A stretch of DNA of 64,000 nucleotides from a virus (taxonomy: Duplodnaviria > Caudoviricetes). The position numbers and the translations under genes were made by a program. Position 1 is the first letter of the stretch; each line of letters begins with the position of its first letter. Where the stretch lies: IMG/VR virus record IMGVR_UViG_3300044719_000048, positions 32,001-96,000 of that record; one strand, given 5' to 3'. The notes beneath the pieces are model-generated. The model was not told where the DNA came from, made no database searches, and was given only the letters and a program-made list of their open reading frames with translations. Of this stretch, positions 1 to 8,761 are shown one piece after another.

Positions 1-371
1 CGCGTATTCTGCCGACGAACTTCAGTATGGAGGTCGAGTTCCACACGAACAAGTTCAGTGGCATTGAGCCTCAAACGGTCATGGGCTATGCGCGCAGGTG
101 GCTGTTTGCCTACAAGTGCGGGTATCTCAAATTTAATATCCAGTATGGCCAGCTGGAGACCCGTATCGGCGTTACTCTAGATGAGTCGGTGTCCACGCCG
201 CCACTAGAAAACCGAGTAGAGAACGAGGCCGTCTATAAGATCACAAGTAACTTGGTGGTTCATGGATACACGTCTGAACCCATCCTTGGATCACAAGGGC
301 GCGTCTCTGACATTGATCTTCAGATGCTCTTCGGGTCTGCGCAAGGCTATGATTTCGTTCCTTTTGAATAG
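1..371 (+). CDS. 5'-truncated putative tail completion/neck protein
   Basis: Frame is open from the window edge; lies just upstream of the sheath gene; function inferred from position only. Confidence 0.5.
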   Translation, partial: RILPTNFSMEVEFHTNKFSGIEPQTVMGYARRWLFAYKCGYLKFNIQYGQLETRIGVTLDESVSTPPLENRVENEAVYKITSNLVVHGYTSEPILGSQGRVSDIDLQMLFGSAQGYDFVPFE

Positions 372-379
372 GAGTTGAT

Positions 380-655
380 ATGGACAACGTCCTGGTCATT
401 AACTTGACCACACTAACGCAGCACGTAGGGGTCATCCATGCTGATGGCCGCAGCGACAGCGTGCAGATCATGCCGCGTCGCCGAGTGCACCTTCGCACCG
501 GCATGACGGTTGACCCACGTTGGCTTGGCCTGAATCCCACTGCTGTGCGGGTCCAAAAGCCGGAGCCCCAACAGGTTCAACGGCAGGTCGTGCCCGCACC
601 TGAGGTCGTGACCACTGAGACAGCCGCAACCGAAGCCACTGGAGGCCAACAATGA
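380..655 (+). CDS. Hypothetical protein (tail module)
   Basis: GGAG RBS; ATGA overlap with the sheath gene. Confidence 0.75.
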   Translation: MDNVLVINLTTLTQHVGVIHADGRSDSVQIMPRRRVHLRTGMTVDPRWLGLNPTAVRVQKPEPQQVQRQVVPAPEVVTTETAATEATGGQQ

Positions 656-2592
656 CTATCCTCGTTCAACGTGCGTCTGACGTTCGCGTGCAGGAGATCG
701 ACCTCTCGCAGGTCATTACCTCGGCCTCCACGGCAGTGGCCTGCCAAGTGGTGGTCTCCAATCAGGGCTCCCCGGACCCCAAGTTCTTCACCAACGCCCA
801 AGACTATCTGGCGGAATACGGCAACCCGAATGCGCAGATCTCATTCGACGTGTACTGCGGTCTGGACTTCTTCCGGGAAGGCGACCAGCTGTGGGCCCGT
901 CGTGTGGTACACGCCGACGCCTTGTACAGCGGGCTGCTGATGTACAACGAGAGCAGTGTTACCCACTTGCTGGGCACTGCAAACGGCGTGTCGAATCCGA
1001 CGGCACCGGACTGGTCCACGCTGATGCCATCGCAGACGGACGTGCCCATCGCGTTGTTCTATCCGAAGCGCGGCCAGGGTTCGTACGCGAACCAACTGGC
1101 TATCAGCGTTACCTCCAACAACCTGAGTGCTCCCACCAATCTGGTGGGCTCTTCGCAAGCGACAGGTGGTTCGATGCTCGCCGGTACGTACCAGTACCAA
1201 GTGTCTGCCATCAGCGCGGCAGGGGAAACTCTGGCCTCCACTCCTGTGGTGGTCAACATCGTGGGCTCCGCCGTCACCAATCAAGTGACGCTGACGTGGG
1301 ATCCTATCGATCTGGCCGACGGCTACGTGGTGTACGGTCGGACGTCGACCTCGTCGCTTATCGGTGCTATGGCTACCATCGGCAAAGGCACCACGACGTT
1401 CGTGGACACTGGCGCAATTCCGCCGGACACCACGAAGAAGCCGATCACCAGTCCGGCGAACCTGCCGCCTCCTGATCCGCGATTCACCGTGTCGGTCTTC
1501 GATCTGAATACCTCGGTCGACAATCCGGTCGAGCAGTTCGTGTGCACGTTGACACCGTACACCGACACGAGTGGCATCGAGTGTGAGCTGGAGGAGCGGA
1601 TCAACCCGTATTCGCAGTACATCCAGGTCACGAACAATACGCTGGCACTGCTGACCGTACCGGAGATCACGACCGTCGCCAAGACCCAAATGAAGGGCGG
1701 CGATTCGGGTACGGCCCCGACGGAATTCGACGTTGCCGCTGCCTACGACATCTTCAGCAACAAGCAGTTGTACCAGATCAACACGCTGATCAACGGTGGT
1801 CACGCAACGCCCACCGTGCAGAAGGCAATGGATGCTCTGGCCGTGAAGCGCTGGGACACCGCCGCTATGCTGGACGTGCCGTCGTCGAAACAGACGTTCC
1901 AGGCCGCAGTCAACTATCGCAAGCTGGAGCTCAACCTCAATTCGTCCTACAGCGCGCTGTTCTGCCCGGACGTACTGGAGGCCGACACGATCAATGGCAA
2001 ACAACAGTACGTGCCGTTCTCGGGCTGGGCTGCTGCGCTGTGTGCCCGTACTGACCGTGTGGCGAATCCGTCGTTCAGTATCGCAGGCCTGAATCGCGGT
2101 TTGGTCGACGTTCTGAAGACCCGCTATACCTACGACGATGGACAAGCCACCGAGCTGTTCAAGGCCCGCGTGAACTACACGAGGACCTTCGTCGGTCAAG
2201 GTATCGCACTGTGGGAACAGCAGACCCTGCAGGCCCAAGAGTCTGCCCTGCAGTGGCTGTCGGTACGCCGGATCGTCAACGTCATGAAAACGGCGATGTA
2301 TCAGTTCCTACTCTACAGCCTGCAAGAGCCGAACGACGACTTCACTGGTCGCCAGATCGTCAGCGCATGCACTCAGTACCTGCAGTCGATCAAAGATGCA
2401 CGCGGTATCTCGGATTTCACAGTGGTCTCCGATTCATCCAATAACACGGCAGCGATGTTCAACAGTGGAGTGCGCCGTGTCACCGTCATCATCATTCCGG
2501 TGATTCCGATCCACGAGATCCAGCTGCAGATGGTGATCTCGAAACAAGGTGTGTCGTTCCAAGAGGCTCTGTCGCAAGTCGGCGGTCAATAA
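652..2592 (+). CDS. Tail sheath protein
   Basis: 646 aa; N-terminal VRVQEIDLS; C-terminal sheath motifs SIAGLNRG, LWEQQTL, LSVRR, LQEPND. Confidence 0.93.
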   Translation: MTILVQRASDVRVQEIDLSQVITSASTAVACQVVVSNQGSPDPKFFTNAQDYLAEYGNPNAQISFDVYCGLDFFREGDQLWARRVVHADALYSGLLMYNESSVTHLLGTANGVSNPTAPDWSTLMPSQTDVPIALFYPKRGQGSYANQLAISVTSNNLSAPTNLVGSSQATGGSMLAGTYQYQVSAISAAGETLASTPVVVNIVGSAVTNQVTLTWDPIDLADGYVVYGRTSTSSLIGAMATIGKGTTTFVDTGAIPPDTTKKPITSPANLPPPDPRFTVSVFDLNTSVDNPVEQFVCTLTPYTDTSGIECELEERINPYSQYIQVTNNTLALLTVPEITTVAKTQMKGGDSGTAPTEFDVAAAYDIFSNKQLYQINTLINGGHATPTVQKAMDALAVKRWDTAAMLDVPSSKQTFQAAVNYRKLELNLNSSYSALFCPDVLEADTINGKQQYVPFSGWAAALCARTDRVANPSFSIAGLNRGLVDVLKTRYTYDDGQATELFKARVNYTRTFVGQGIALWEQQTLQAQESALQWLSVRRIVNVMKTAMYQFLLYSLQEPNDDFTGRQIVSACTQYLQSIKDARGISDFTVVSDSSNNTAAMFNSGVRRVTVIIIPVIPIHEIQLQMVISKQGVSFQEALSQVGGQ

Positions 2593-2604
2593 ACCATAAA
2601 CCAA

Positions 2605-2621
2605 GGAGGGTATATCCCTCC
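2605..2621 (+). promoter_or_regulatory. Intergenic hairpin GGAGGG-TATAT-CCCTCC
   Basis: Inverted repeat between the sheath gene and the next gene; no U-tract. Confidence 0.4.
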
Positions 2622-2641
2622 ACTCTCTACAGGGAAAAGAA

Positions 2642-3064
2642 ATGAAGATCCAAATCAACGCAGCCGCGCGCCTTGCCAAAGCCCGCGAGGTTCGAGCCGC
2701 GTCTGCAGCCGACGCAGGCAAAATCGTCCTGTGGATCCAGAAGGCTATCCCGGGCGTCAAAGGCAAGAAGCACGGCAGGGCCGGCAAACAAGAGGGTATG
2801 GAGTTCAAGATCGGCAAGGGTGCGAATCAGGTGAATCTGCGCGTTCTGCTGGACCACACCTACGAACCCCCGCAGCTGCTGCTGGAAGGTGACTGTGCGG
2901 CAGGTGACGACTGGCGTTCGGAGGAACGTACCGGAACTTTGACCGTTCGCAAGTTCAAAGACCAGCTGCGTGAAACCGTTGCTCAGTTGAAGGCCGATCC
3001 CGACGTTGCAGAACTCGTCGGTGTGCTCAAGAAGCTGATCTCGGTCAAATCGAAGATTGAATAA
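2642..3064 (+). CDS. Hypothetical protein with the shared N-terminal leader (putative internal head protein)
   Basis: Starts MKIQINAAARLAKAREVRA. Confidence 0.75.
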   Translation: MKIQINAAARLAKAREVRAASAADAGKIVLWIQKAIPGVKGKKHGRAGKQEGMEFKIGKGANQVNLRVLLDHTYEPPQLLLEGDCAAGDDWRSEERTGTLTVRKFKDQLRETVAQLKADPDVAELVGVLKKLISVKSKIE

Positions 3065-3073
3065 GGAGCTGAA

Positions 3074-3577
3074 ATGCGTACATCTTTGAATGACGTGCTG
3101 AGCCTGCAAGACCCGGCACTCAGCTATAACTTCGACCTGTTCCTGCCGAACATTCCGGGCTCCTCCGACACGCGAGACCTGACGTTCAAGTGCATGACCA
3201 CCGATCTTCCGGGGGTGGCTCTGGATGCAGTGGACGTCGCGCTGCATGGCGTAAACATCCCGTTCGCAGGCCGCAAGACCTTCACGCACACGCTGAACGC
3301 CACGTTCCTCGAAACCGCTGACTGGATGACTCGCGAAAAGTTCCGTCGCTGGAACGAGTTCATCCGTTCGTGGGACAACAACAGTGGTGCTCTGTCGTCG
3401 GCGTACAAGGTCGATTCGCAGATCGTGCTGTACAACGACGTACCGGAAGTCGTGCGTACTACGAACCTGATTGGTCTCTACCCTGAGACCGTTGCAGAGG
3501 TCCAGTTGGATGGCGGGGCCTCCAACCTGATCAGCCTGCAGATCACGTTCAAGTACACGCTGTGGCGCGATTTGTGA
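3074..3577 (+). CDS. Tail tube protein (T4 gp19-like)
   Basis: 167 aa; AAGGAG RBS; FAGRKTF, GLYPETV, ITFKY motifs; downstream of sheath. Confidence 0.85.
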   Translation: MRTSLNDVLSLQDPALSYNFDLFLPNIPGSSDTRDLTFKCMTTDLPGVALDAVDVALHGVNIPFAGRKTFTHTLNATFLETADWMTREKFRRWNEFIRSWDNNSGALSSAYKVDSQIVLYNDVPEVVRTTNLIGLYPETVAEVQLDGGASNLISLQITFKYTLWRDL

Positions 3578-3625
3578 TTTCACACTTTCGCAATTTAATG
3601 GGGAAACGTTTTAGACGGAGTACCC

Positions 3626-4768
3626 ATGAACAAGAAAGAGCTGTACCAGAGAATGCTGGAGCTGCATTCAGCTAGTCCACGTAGCTTTAGGGTTCACGGC
3701 TACCTGCGAGACGAATTCCCAAAGCTCTGCGCCAAGTTGAAATCAGACTTCGACGTGGAGCAGCTAGGGTGGGAGCACGTCTTCAGGTATTGCCATCCGA
3801 AGGTCAGCGGTAAATGCGGAACGTGTCAAAAGCCAACTGCGTTTATCTCTGACCAACGGAAGTTCAGAGATTATTGTTCCCTGTCGTGCATGCAGAACTC
3901 ACCTGAGGTCAGAGCCAAGAAGGAGGCAACGAATCTCAAGCGACGAGGAACCAAGTGGCCAACACAGTCCAAGGAAGTGCGGGACAAAGTGGAGGCCACG
4001 AACTTGAAACGGTTTGGTGTCAAGCATCCTGCTCAATCGCAGACGTGTCAGAAGAAAGCCCGCAAGACCAATCTGCGCAAATACGGCGTCGAGCATGGCA
4101 TGCAAAATCCAGAGGTCCGTGCAAAGGTCGTTGCCACCAATCTGGCAAAGAGCGGAGGGAAGTACACTACGCCGTTCCAAGATCCGAAATCAATGAGGAA
4201 GGCGCGCAGGACCATGACAGAACGTTACGGTGCGCCTCACTCTGGTCAGGTACCAGAGCTGTTTGCCAAAGGGCAGAAGTCGAGGTACACGCATTACGAC
4301 GTGACTCTAGGTGGTATGGGGTTTCGCGTCCAAGGGTACGAAGACATGGCGTTGCGTCTTCTACTAAAGTGGGGAGTGCCCACCAAGAAGATCAGATGCG
4401 GCCGCTTTGATAGGTTCATTTATAGGGCTGGTGGTACTAAGCACTCCTACTATCCTGACTTCTACTTGAGTCATGGAAAGCAGCGTGTGTATGTGGAAGT
4501 GAAGAGCCTCTACACAGCGGGCCTTAGGACCGGCGAGCTGGACTCAGTCATCCGTGCGAAAGGTAAGGCTGTAGTAGCAGAAGGGAGGCCATTCCTGCTG
4601 TTGGTTCTGCGAACGAAAGATCAAAGAAGTGCATTGCGCGGAAATCGCGTCGGGTGGATAACCCACTTTATGTTCTCAACACCTAAACGTCCTGACTGGA
4701 AGCTGTACAGCAAGAAGTCGGACAAGGAGCAGTTGAAGGCTCGTATCCAAGCGTGGCTTGCGAGCTGA
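3626..4768 (+). CDS. Free-standing putative homing endonuclease (Cys-rich N-terminus, ~23-aa repeats, C-terminal PD-(D/E)XK domain)
   Basis: CGTC..YCSLSC; repeats of the type TNLKxxGVxHxxQ; YYPDFY...YVEVKS catalytic motif. Confidence 0.75.
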   Translation: MNKKELYQRMLELHSASPRSFRVHGYLRDEFPKLCAKLKSDFDVEQLGWEHVFRYCHPKVSGKCGTCQKPTAFISDQRKFRDYCSLSCMQNSPEVRAKKEATNLKRRGTKWPTQSKEVRDKVEATNLKRFGVKHPAQSQTCQKKARKTNLRKYGVEHGMQNPEVRAKVVATNLAKSGGKYTTPFQDPKSMRKARRTMTERYGAPHSGQVPELFAKGQKSRYTHYDVTLGGMGFRVQGYEDMALRLLLKWGVPTKKIRCGRFDRFIYRAGGTKHSYYPDFYLSHGKQRVYVEVKSLYTAGLRTGELDSVIRAKGKAVVAEGRPFLLLVLRTKDQRSALRGNRVGWITHFMFSTPKRPDWKLYSKKSDKEQLKARIQAWLAS

Positions 4769-4800
4769 TACGCAATCCGTTATTTTCCGAAGGACAGATC

Positions 4801-5157
4801 ATGATAAGGGTCCAAGCAAGCACTCGTCTTAAGGCAGTAAAGATGGACGAAATTGACGTGGCGGCGCAGTTGATCCGGGACTACGCAGGGATCGATGTAG
4901 GCGAAGTGTTTCAGTACAATCCGCATAACATCATATTCGAGTTGGCGAATGCCGGTGATTTCGAGAAGGCCCGCAGCAACCTGACCAAGAAATTGGGGAT
5001 GCCACACGATGTAGGAGAGCCTCCTTCTTACGAGTTCTACTTCACTAAAGGTGAATTGCGAGGTGGCTCGATTTTCCTGTCTCGTGGGGAGGCCACAACC
5101 GGCCACATATCAGTTCAAGACTTGGCGAAGTATTTCCAGTCCAGGGTACACAACTAA
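4801..5157 (+). CDS. Hypothetical protein with the shared N-terminal leader
   Basis: AAGGA RBS before ATG 4801; starts MIRVQASTRLKA. Confidence 0.7.
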   Translation: MIRVQASTRLKAVKMDEIDVAAQLIRDYAGIDVGEVFQYNPHNIIFELANAGDFEKARSNLTKKLGMPHDVGEPPSYEFYFTKGELRGGSIFLSRGEATTGHISVQDLAKYFQSRVHN

Positions 5158-5305
5158 ACGCAGCCCGTAATTTAACTTCGATCAAGTGGGCAGCATTGTA
5201 TCCGAGCCTACCTCAGCCTTGGTTTGCCGCTCACTTGATCTTCCAGAAGGCGATGAGCCTCTATTCAATCCGTTCGGCACAGACCGTCACTTATGGAGAA
5301 CTGCA

Positions 5306-6100
5306 ATGAACATCAACACCAAAGGCATCAACGTCTGCACTGCTTCCATCACCGACTTCGACATCATCAGTCGCGGCCTGGCCCGCGTTGTGGTGGCCTT
5401 CACTGGACACCAGACGAAGGCCGAACTGGCCGAGAGTCTCGCCAAGCAGATGAAGTACATGGCAGCACCTGTCGAGAACTCGTTCCGCATGCTGAAGGCA
5501 GGCGTCGCCATCGGCTATGTGCGCGCCAATCAAGAGCTGCGCCCGGTCGACGAAAAGGAGCTGCGCGCTTCCTACAAGGTCATGAGCAGCAACGGCCAGA
5601 CCAATATTCTGATGTCGAACGAGGACTCGACGCTGTGGGAGGTGAAGAAAGGTGCCTCCGGTATGTTCCTGGCACGCAAAGGTCAAGAGGACCTAGGTGA
5701 GCTGGTGAACGCTGCTGTCAATCGTCGCATGGACGTGCCGCGCCTGTCGCAAGTCGTGTCGGCGAACGTGGCTGCGCCGCGCGAGTTCGTGGCCTTCGCT
5801 TCGGAGAGTGGCGATATGGACTACGGTTTCTGCGTGAAGGCCAGCAAAGAAGGCACGAAGCTGAAGGTCGTGTCGTCGACCACGGGTCGTGCAGAAGTCA
5901 TTCGCGCTACCCAGGTGGCTTCGGTGCTGCCCGCCAACGCAGTGGCCATCCCGCGTGAGGCACACAAGCGTGTGCTGGCTTCGGGCATCTCGCGTGACGA
6001 CGTGAACCAGCAGATCGAGTACTACAGCCGCCTGTACAGCTACGCGCCAGAGTACCTGAACGAAATCAAGCGCCAGGTCGAAGACACCGCCGCTCTCTAA
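5306..6100 (+). CDS. Hypothetical virion/head-associated protein
   Basis: GGAG RBS before ATG 5306; strong phage codon bias. Confidence 0.75.
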   Translation: MNINTKGINVCTASITDFDIISRGLARVVVAFTGHQTKAELAESLAKQMKYMAAPVENSFRMLKAGVAIGYVRANQELRPVDEKELRASYKVMSSNGQTNILMSNEDSTLWEVKKGASGMFLARKGQEDLGELVNAAVNRRMDVPRLSQVVSANVAAPREFVAFASESGDMDYGFCVKASKEGTKLKVVSSTTGRAEVIRATQVASVLPANAVAIPREAHKRVLASGISRDDVNQQIEYYSRLYSYAPEYLNEIKRQVEDTAAL

Positions 6101-6116
6101 CACAACAAGGAACACA

Positions 6117-6584
6117 ATGAAGATCGAAGCATCGAAACGACTGGCCACTTCGGTGAGTGCAGCCACCAACACGAAAGGGGCCGTCAAGTTCCTGAAAGGC
6201 GCGTTCAAGAGTGCCGGCCTGACGGTGAAGAGTGCGGAAGCCAATGGAGACAACATTGTTTTTGTGCTGAAGGGCCCTAACGGGGATGTTGTGGTCTCGG
6301 CGAGCTTGTTCAAAGACGGCAGTGTGTCGTTCGGTATCACGGATGCAACCGGTCTGCTGCCGCGTGCGATCAACGCAGAGATCTACAACCCGGAGATCGT
6401 GCTGAAGCGTGGGAAGGGAGGCGCGCGTGACCTAAATCCGACCATCAAGGCGATGGGGAAGGGCGTGAAGGAAGCGCAGGAGTTTGCGCAGAACGCGGAG
6501 GAGTGCCGTGCTTGGCTGGTGGCGTTTCAGGAAGCGCTGCGTAGCATCGAGCAGCAGATGGACAAGAAGAAACGCGGCGCCTAA
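6117..6584 (+). CDS. Hypothetical protein with the shared N-terminal leader
   Basis: AAGGA RBS; starts MKIEASKRLATSVSA. Confidence 0.75.
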   Translation: MKIEASKRLATSVSAATNTKGAVKFLKGAFKSAGLTVKSAEANGDNIVFVLKGPNGDVVVSASLFKDGSVSFGITDATGLLPRAINAEIYNPEIVLKRGKGGARDLNPTIKAMGKGVKEAQEFAQNAEECRAWLVAFQEALRSIEQQMDKKKRGA

Positions 6585-6600
6585 GAACTAGGCGTTTGGT

Positions 6601-6642
6601 AAAAAAGAAAGGGCGGTGGATCATTGCGGTCCACCGCCCTTT
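6601..6642. terminator. Bidirectional intrinsic terminator
   Basis: AAAGGGCGGTGGA...TCCACCGCCCTTT hairpin with A and T tracts, between convergent genes. Confidence 0.85.
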
Positions 6643-6647
6643 GTCCG

Positions 6648-6881
6648 TTAGTCACTGATTGCTTTCGCTGTAGTGAAAGCGAATTGGGCGATACTCAGTC
6701 GCACCTGAGCGGTGGTCAATCCGCACATGATACGTACCAACTCGTCTGACCCCTGCTTATGATAGTACCGCTGCGGTCCAACTACCGGGTCTGTCATTGC
6801 ACGCCTCCGCAGCTCGTAGACCCGTTTCTTCAGCAGCGATAGCTGTGCGATCATCACAGCGATCTCTTCCTCATAGCTCAT
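6648..6881 (-). CDS. Hypothetical early protein
   Basis: GAGGTG RBS; last gene of the small-gene island. Confidence 0.65.
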   Translation of the reverse strand: MSYEEEIAVMIAQLSLLKKRVYELRRRAMTDPVVGPQRYYHKQGSDELVRIMCGLTTAQVRLSIAQFAFTTAKAISD

Positions 6882-6919
6882 AAGTCACCTCAGAAGTGCG
6901 AGGCCCTTGCGGGCCTGGT

Positions 6920-7291
6920 TTAGTCAGCAACGCGAGTCACGACAATCGACTTGTAATTGGGAAGCACCGTTGCCCAAGCAGGATTGACAATCCACGTGCC
7001 TTGTTTCTTGACAGCGGTTGCGTTCAACAGCACCGTGAACGTCGTGTCGGAAGCGACTTTGATGAACTGCGGTACGTCCGTCATTATCCGGTTGCACACG
7101 GCCAAGCACTCAGGAATCTGATAGATGCGCCTAGGGTCATCGTTGTATCCGTCGAACATCAGCTCGTGGCGGGGTGGTCCTCCAGCCAATGCCAACAGCT
7201 CGCAGGTCTTATAGAACTCCCTCATCTTCTTTTTGTCCGATAAGTCCTGCTTGGCGAGGATTAGGAACGCTGCCGTATTCTTGTCAATCAT
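6920..7291 (-). CDS. Hypothetical early protein
   Basis: AAAGGA RBS lies in the 17-bp repeat; ATG at 7291. Confidence 0.7.
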   Translation of the reverse strand: MIDKNTAAFLILAKQDLSDKKKMREFYKTCELLALAGGPPRHELMFDGYNDDPRRIYQIPECLAVCNRIMTDVPQFIKVASDTTFTVLLNATAVKKQGTWIVNPAWATVLPNYKSIVVTRVAD

Positions 7292-7295
7292 CTTC

Positions 7296-7742
7296 GATCC
7301 TTTCATTGATCGTTAGGTAGTGCCCAGAGTGCACTACCATGCTGCTACAGCCAACCGTCGTAGTAGTCATCGTCACCGAGCTCGGCTTCCAGAGCCTTAC
7401 GCTCCCTGTCGATGCACCCACTGCATACGTCATAGACGGGGCCGCAGCTGCCTTCCTCGAAGTCGCGATGTCGGTGAATCACCGGCTGGTTGGTCTTGCA
7501 CCACTCGCAGTAGCCGCTGCGATCCGCGTTTGCCCGCTCAGCAAGATGAGCGTCGTAGCACCCCTTGCACAAGTCGTGCATCTCGCAGCCCATTGAGTCG
7601 GTCTCGCCCTGAACACGGCGGTACGCCACTCGATCAGGGTGATTGTCGCACATCATGCCGTCAGGCGAGTTGCGCACGGTACCCGGGAGGGTAGAGATCG
7701 GTCCAGTTACGTCTGCCATTTTTTTGATCCTTTCATTGATCG
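7296..7742. repeat. Exact 17-bp direct repeat GATCCTTTCATTGATCG at 7296-7312 and 7726-7742
   Basis: Read directly; partial third copy CCTTTCATTG at 8523-8532. Confidence 0.9.
7345..7719 (-). CDS. Hypothetical Cys-rich (zinc-binding) early protein
   Basis: CDNH, CKGC, CEWC, CSGC motifs. Confidence 0.75.
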   Translation of the reverse strand: MADVTGPISTLPGTVRNSPDGMMCDNHPDRVAYRRVQGETDSMGCEMHDLCKGCYDAHLAERANADRSGYCEWCKTNQPVIHRHRDFEEGSCGPVYDVCSGCIDRERKALEAELGDDDYYDGWL

Positions 7743-7752
7743 GCTGTTGAAA

Positions 7753-8265
7753 CTAATTTTTCATGATTGCCAGATCGCCGAACAAAAGGCCCGCGATAGG
7801 ACCTTTGATGTCGTCGAACTGCTGAGCCACTTCTTCGGAAGACCACTTCATGACTACCGAGCAGTCTTCCGCGTGCTCCTCCTCAACGTGGGGCAGACCT
7901 ACCCAGGTCGCGAGCTCTTTGTATTTGGGCCACGACAGCATCTGCGCTAGTAGGTCGCGAACCTTGCGACGCTCCGCTTGAGACAGACTGCGCAAGCACC
8001 TCCAATAGAAACCGTCGCGGTAGATGCCCGTACCTCCGAAGCCTACTGCGTCGTTGAATCCGCCAAACGACTCCTCGAGTACGAGGGTCACGAACTCGGC
8101 AAAGTCATTCAACTGGTTGACCATCGGCAAGAGCCCGACATTGATTTGATCAACCGAAGCGTCGAGATCATCAAGGTCAATCTCCACTGCCTTGCCGAGG
8201 TGTTTAGCAGCCTCGGCAATCTTACGGAGTTTGGCGTATCGCTGCGCATCAACTAAGGTGCTCAT
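7753..8265 (-). CDS. Hypothetical early protein
   Basis: AAAGGA RBS before ATG 8265 (MSTLVDAQ). Confidence 0.7.
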   Translation of the reverse strand: MSTLVDAQRYAKLRKIAEAAKHLGKAVEIDLDDLDASVDQINVGLLPMVNQLNDFAEFVTLVLEESFGGFNDAVGFGGTGIYRDGFYWRCLRSLSQAERRKVRDLLAQMLSWPKYKELATWVGLPHVEEEHAEDCSVVMKWSSEEVAQQFDDIKGPIAGLLFGDLAIMKN

Positions 8266-8311
8266 GATAGTCCTTTCTGGAAATGAGGAAAGGCCCGCAA
8301 GGGCCCGTTGA

Positions 8312-8515
8312 TTAGTGACCGACTCCGGGCTTGATGACGACGCCATCGATGGCGAATTCGACCCAGTTGTACTGGGGCTCCGGTTTGAGCAGCACCGCAT
8401 TGCCCATGTCATCGTGCACCCAAATACCGGTGCGACCCTTCTGAACGTATCCCAGTTGACCGCCGAGATAGAAGCTATCCATTTTGTTGGTGGAAGTGTT
8501 GGTAGTGGTATTCAT
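8312..8515 (-). CDS. Hypothetical early protein
   Basis: First gene after the sigma70 promoter; AAAGG RBS. Confidence 0.65.
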   Translation of the reverse strand: MNTTTNTSTNKMDSFYLGGQLGYVQKGRTGIWVHDDMGNAVLLKPEPQYNWVEFAIDGVVIKPGVGH

Positions 8516-8562
8516 GTCTTGGCCTTTCATTGCCGGATTTTAGGAAGAGATGCTACGCTTTC

Positions 8563-8591
8563 AGTATATCAGGATCTTGCGGTTTTGTCAC
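8563..8591 (-). promoter_or_regulatory. Host sigma70-type early promoter GTGACA-N17-TATACT
   Basis: Near-consensus -35 and -10 boxes with a 17-bp spacer, upstream of the orphan island. Confidence 0.8.
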
Positions 8592-8626
8592 TATTTCGGG
8601 GCTTGATTTTGCTCAAATAAACGACA

Positions 8627-8674
8627 GAAGGGGAGGCAAAATGGGCGTCTTTTACCCAATTTTGCCTCCCCTTC
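8627..8674. terminator. Long hairpin, probable terminator of the replication operon
   Basis: GAAGGGGAGGCAAAAT...ATTTTGCCTCCCCTTC inverted repeat. Confidence 0.65.
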
Positions 8675-8761
8675 GCCATTTTATGCGGTATGCACAGTAG
8701 GACCGATTTTAAGCATGCTGCATGCCCTTTCTACTGTCCTAAATCCCCCGCTATGAGCTGG

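Noticed and set aside
841-2238. 465-aa - strand ORF opposite the sheath gene; similar long antisense ORFs at 2627-3583, 8690-9868 and 56650-57396
   Set aside because: Typical stop-poor antisense frames of GC3-rich genes; no motifs, and they overlap confidently assigned genes.
3578-4800. Endonuclease as part of a group I intron or intein
   Set aside because: The tube gene ends with its own stop, the flanking gaps are too short for an intron core, and the neighbouring genes look intact.
7296-7742. 17-bp direct repeats as att sites or a mini-CRISPR
   Set aside because: Only two full copies 430 bp apart, each containing an RBS; no integrase in the window.
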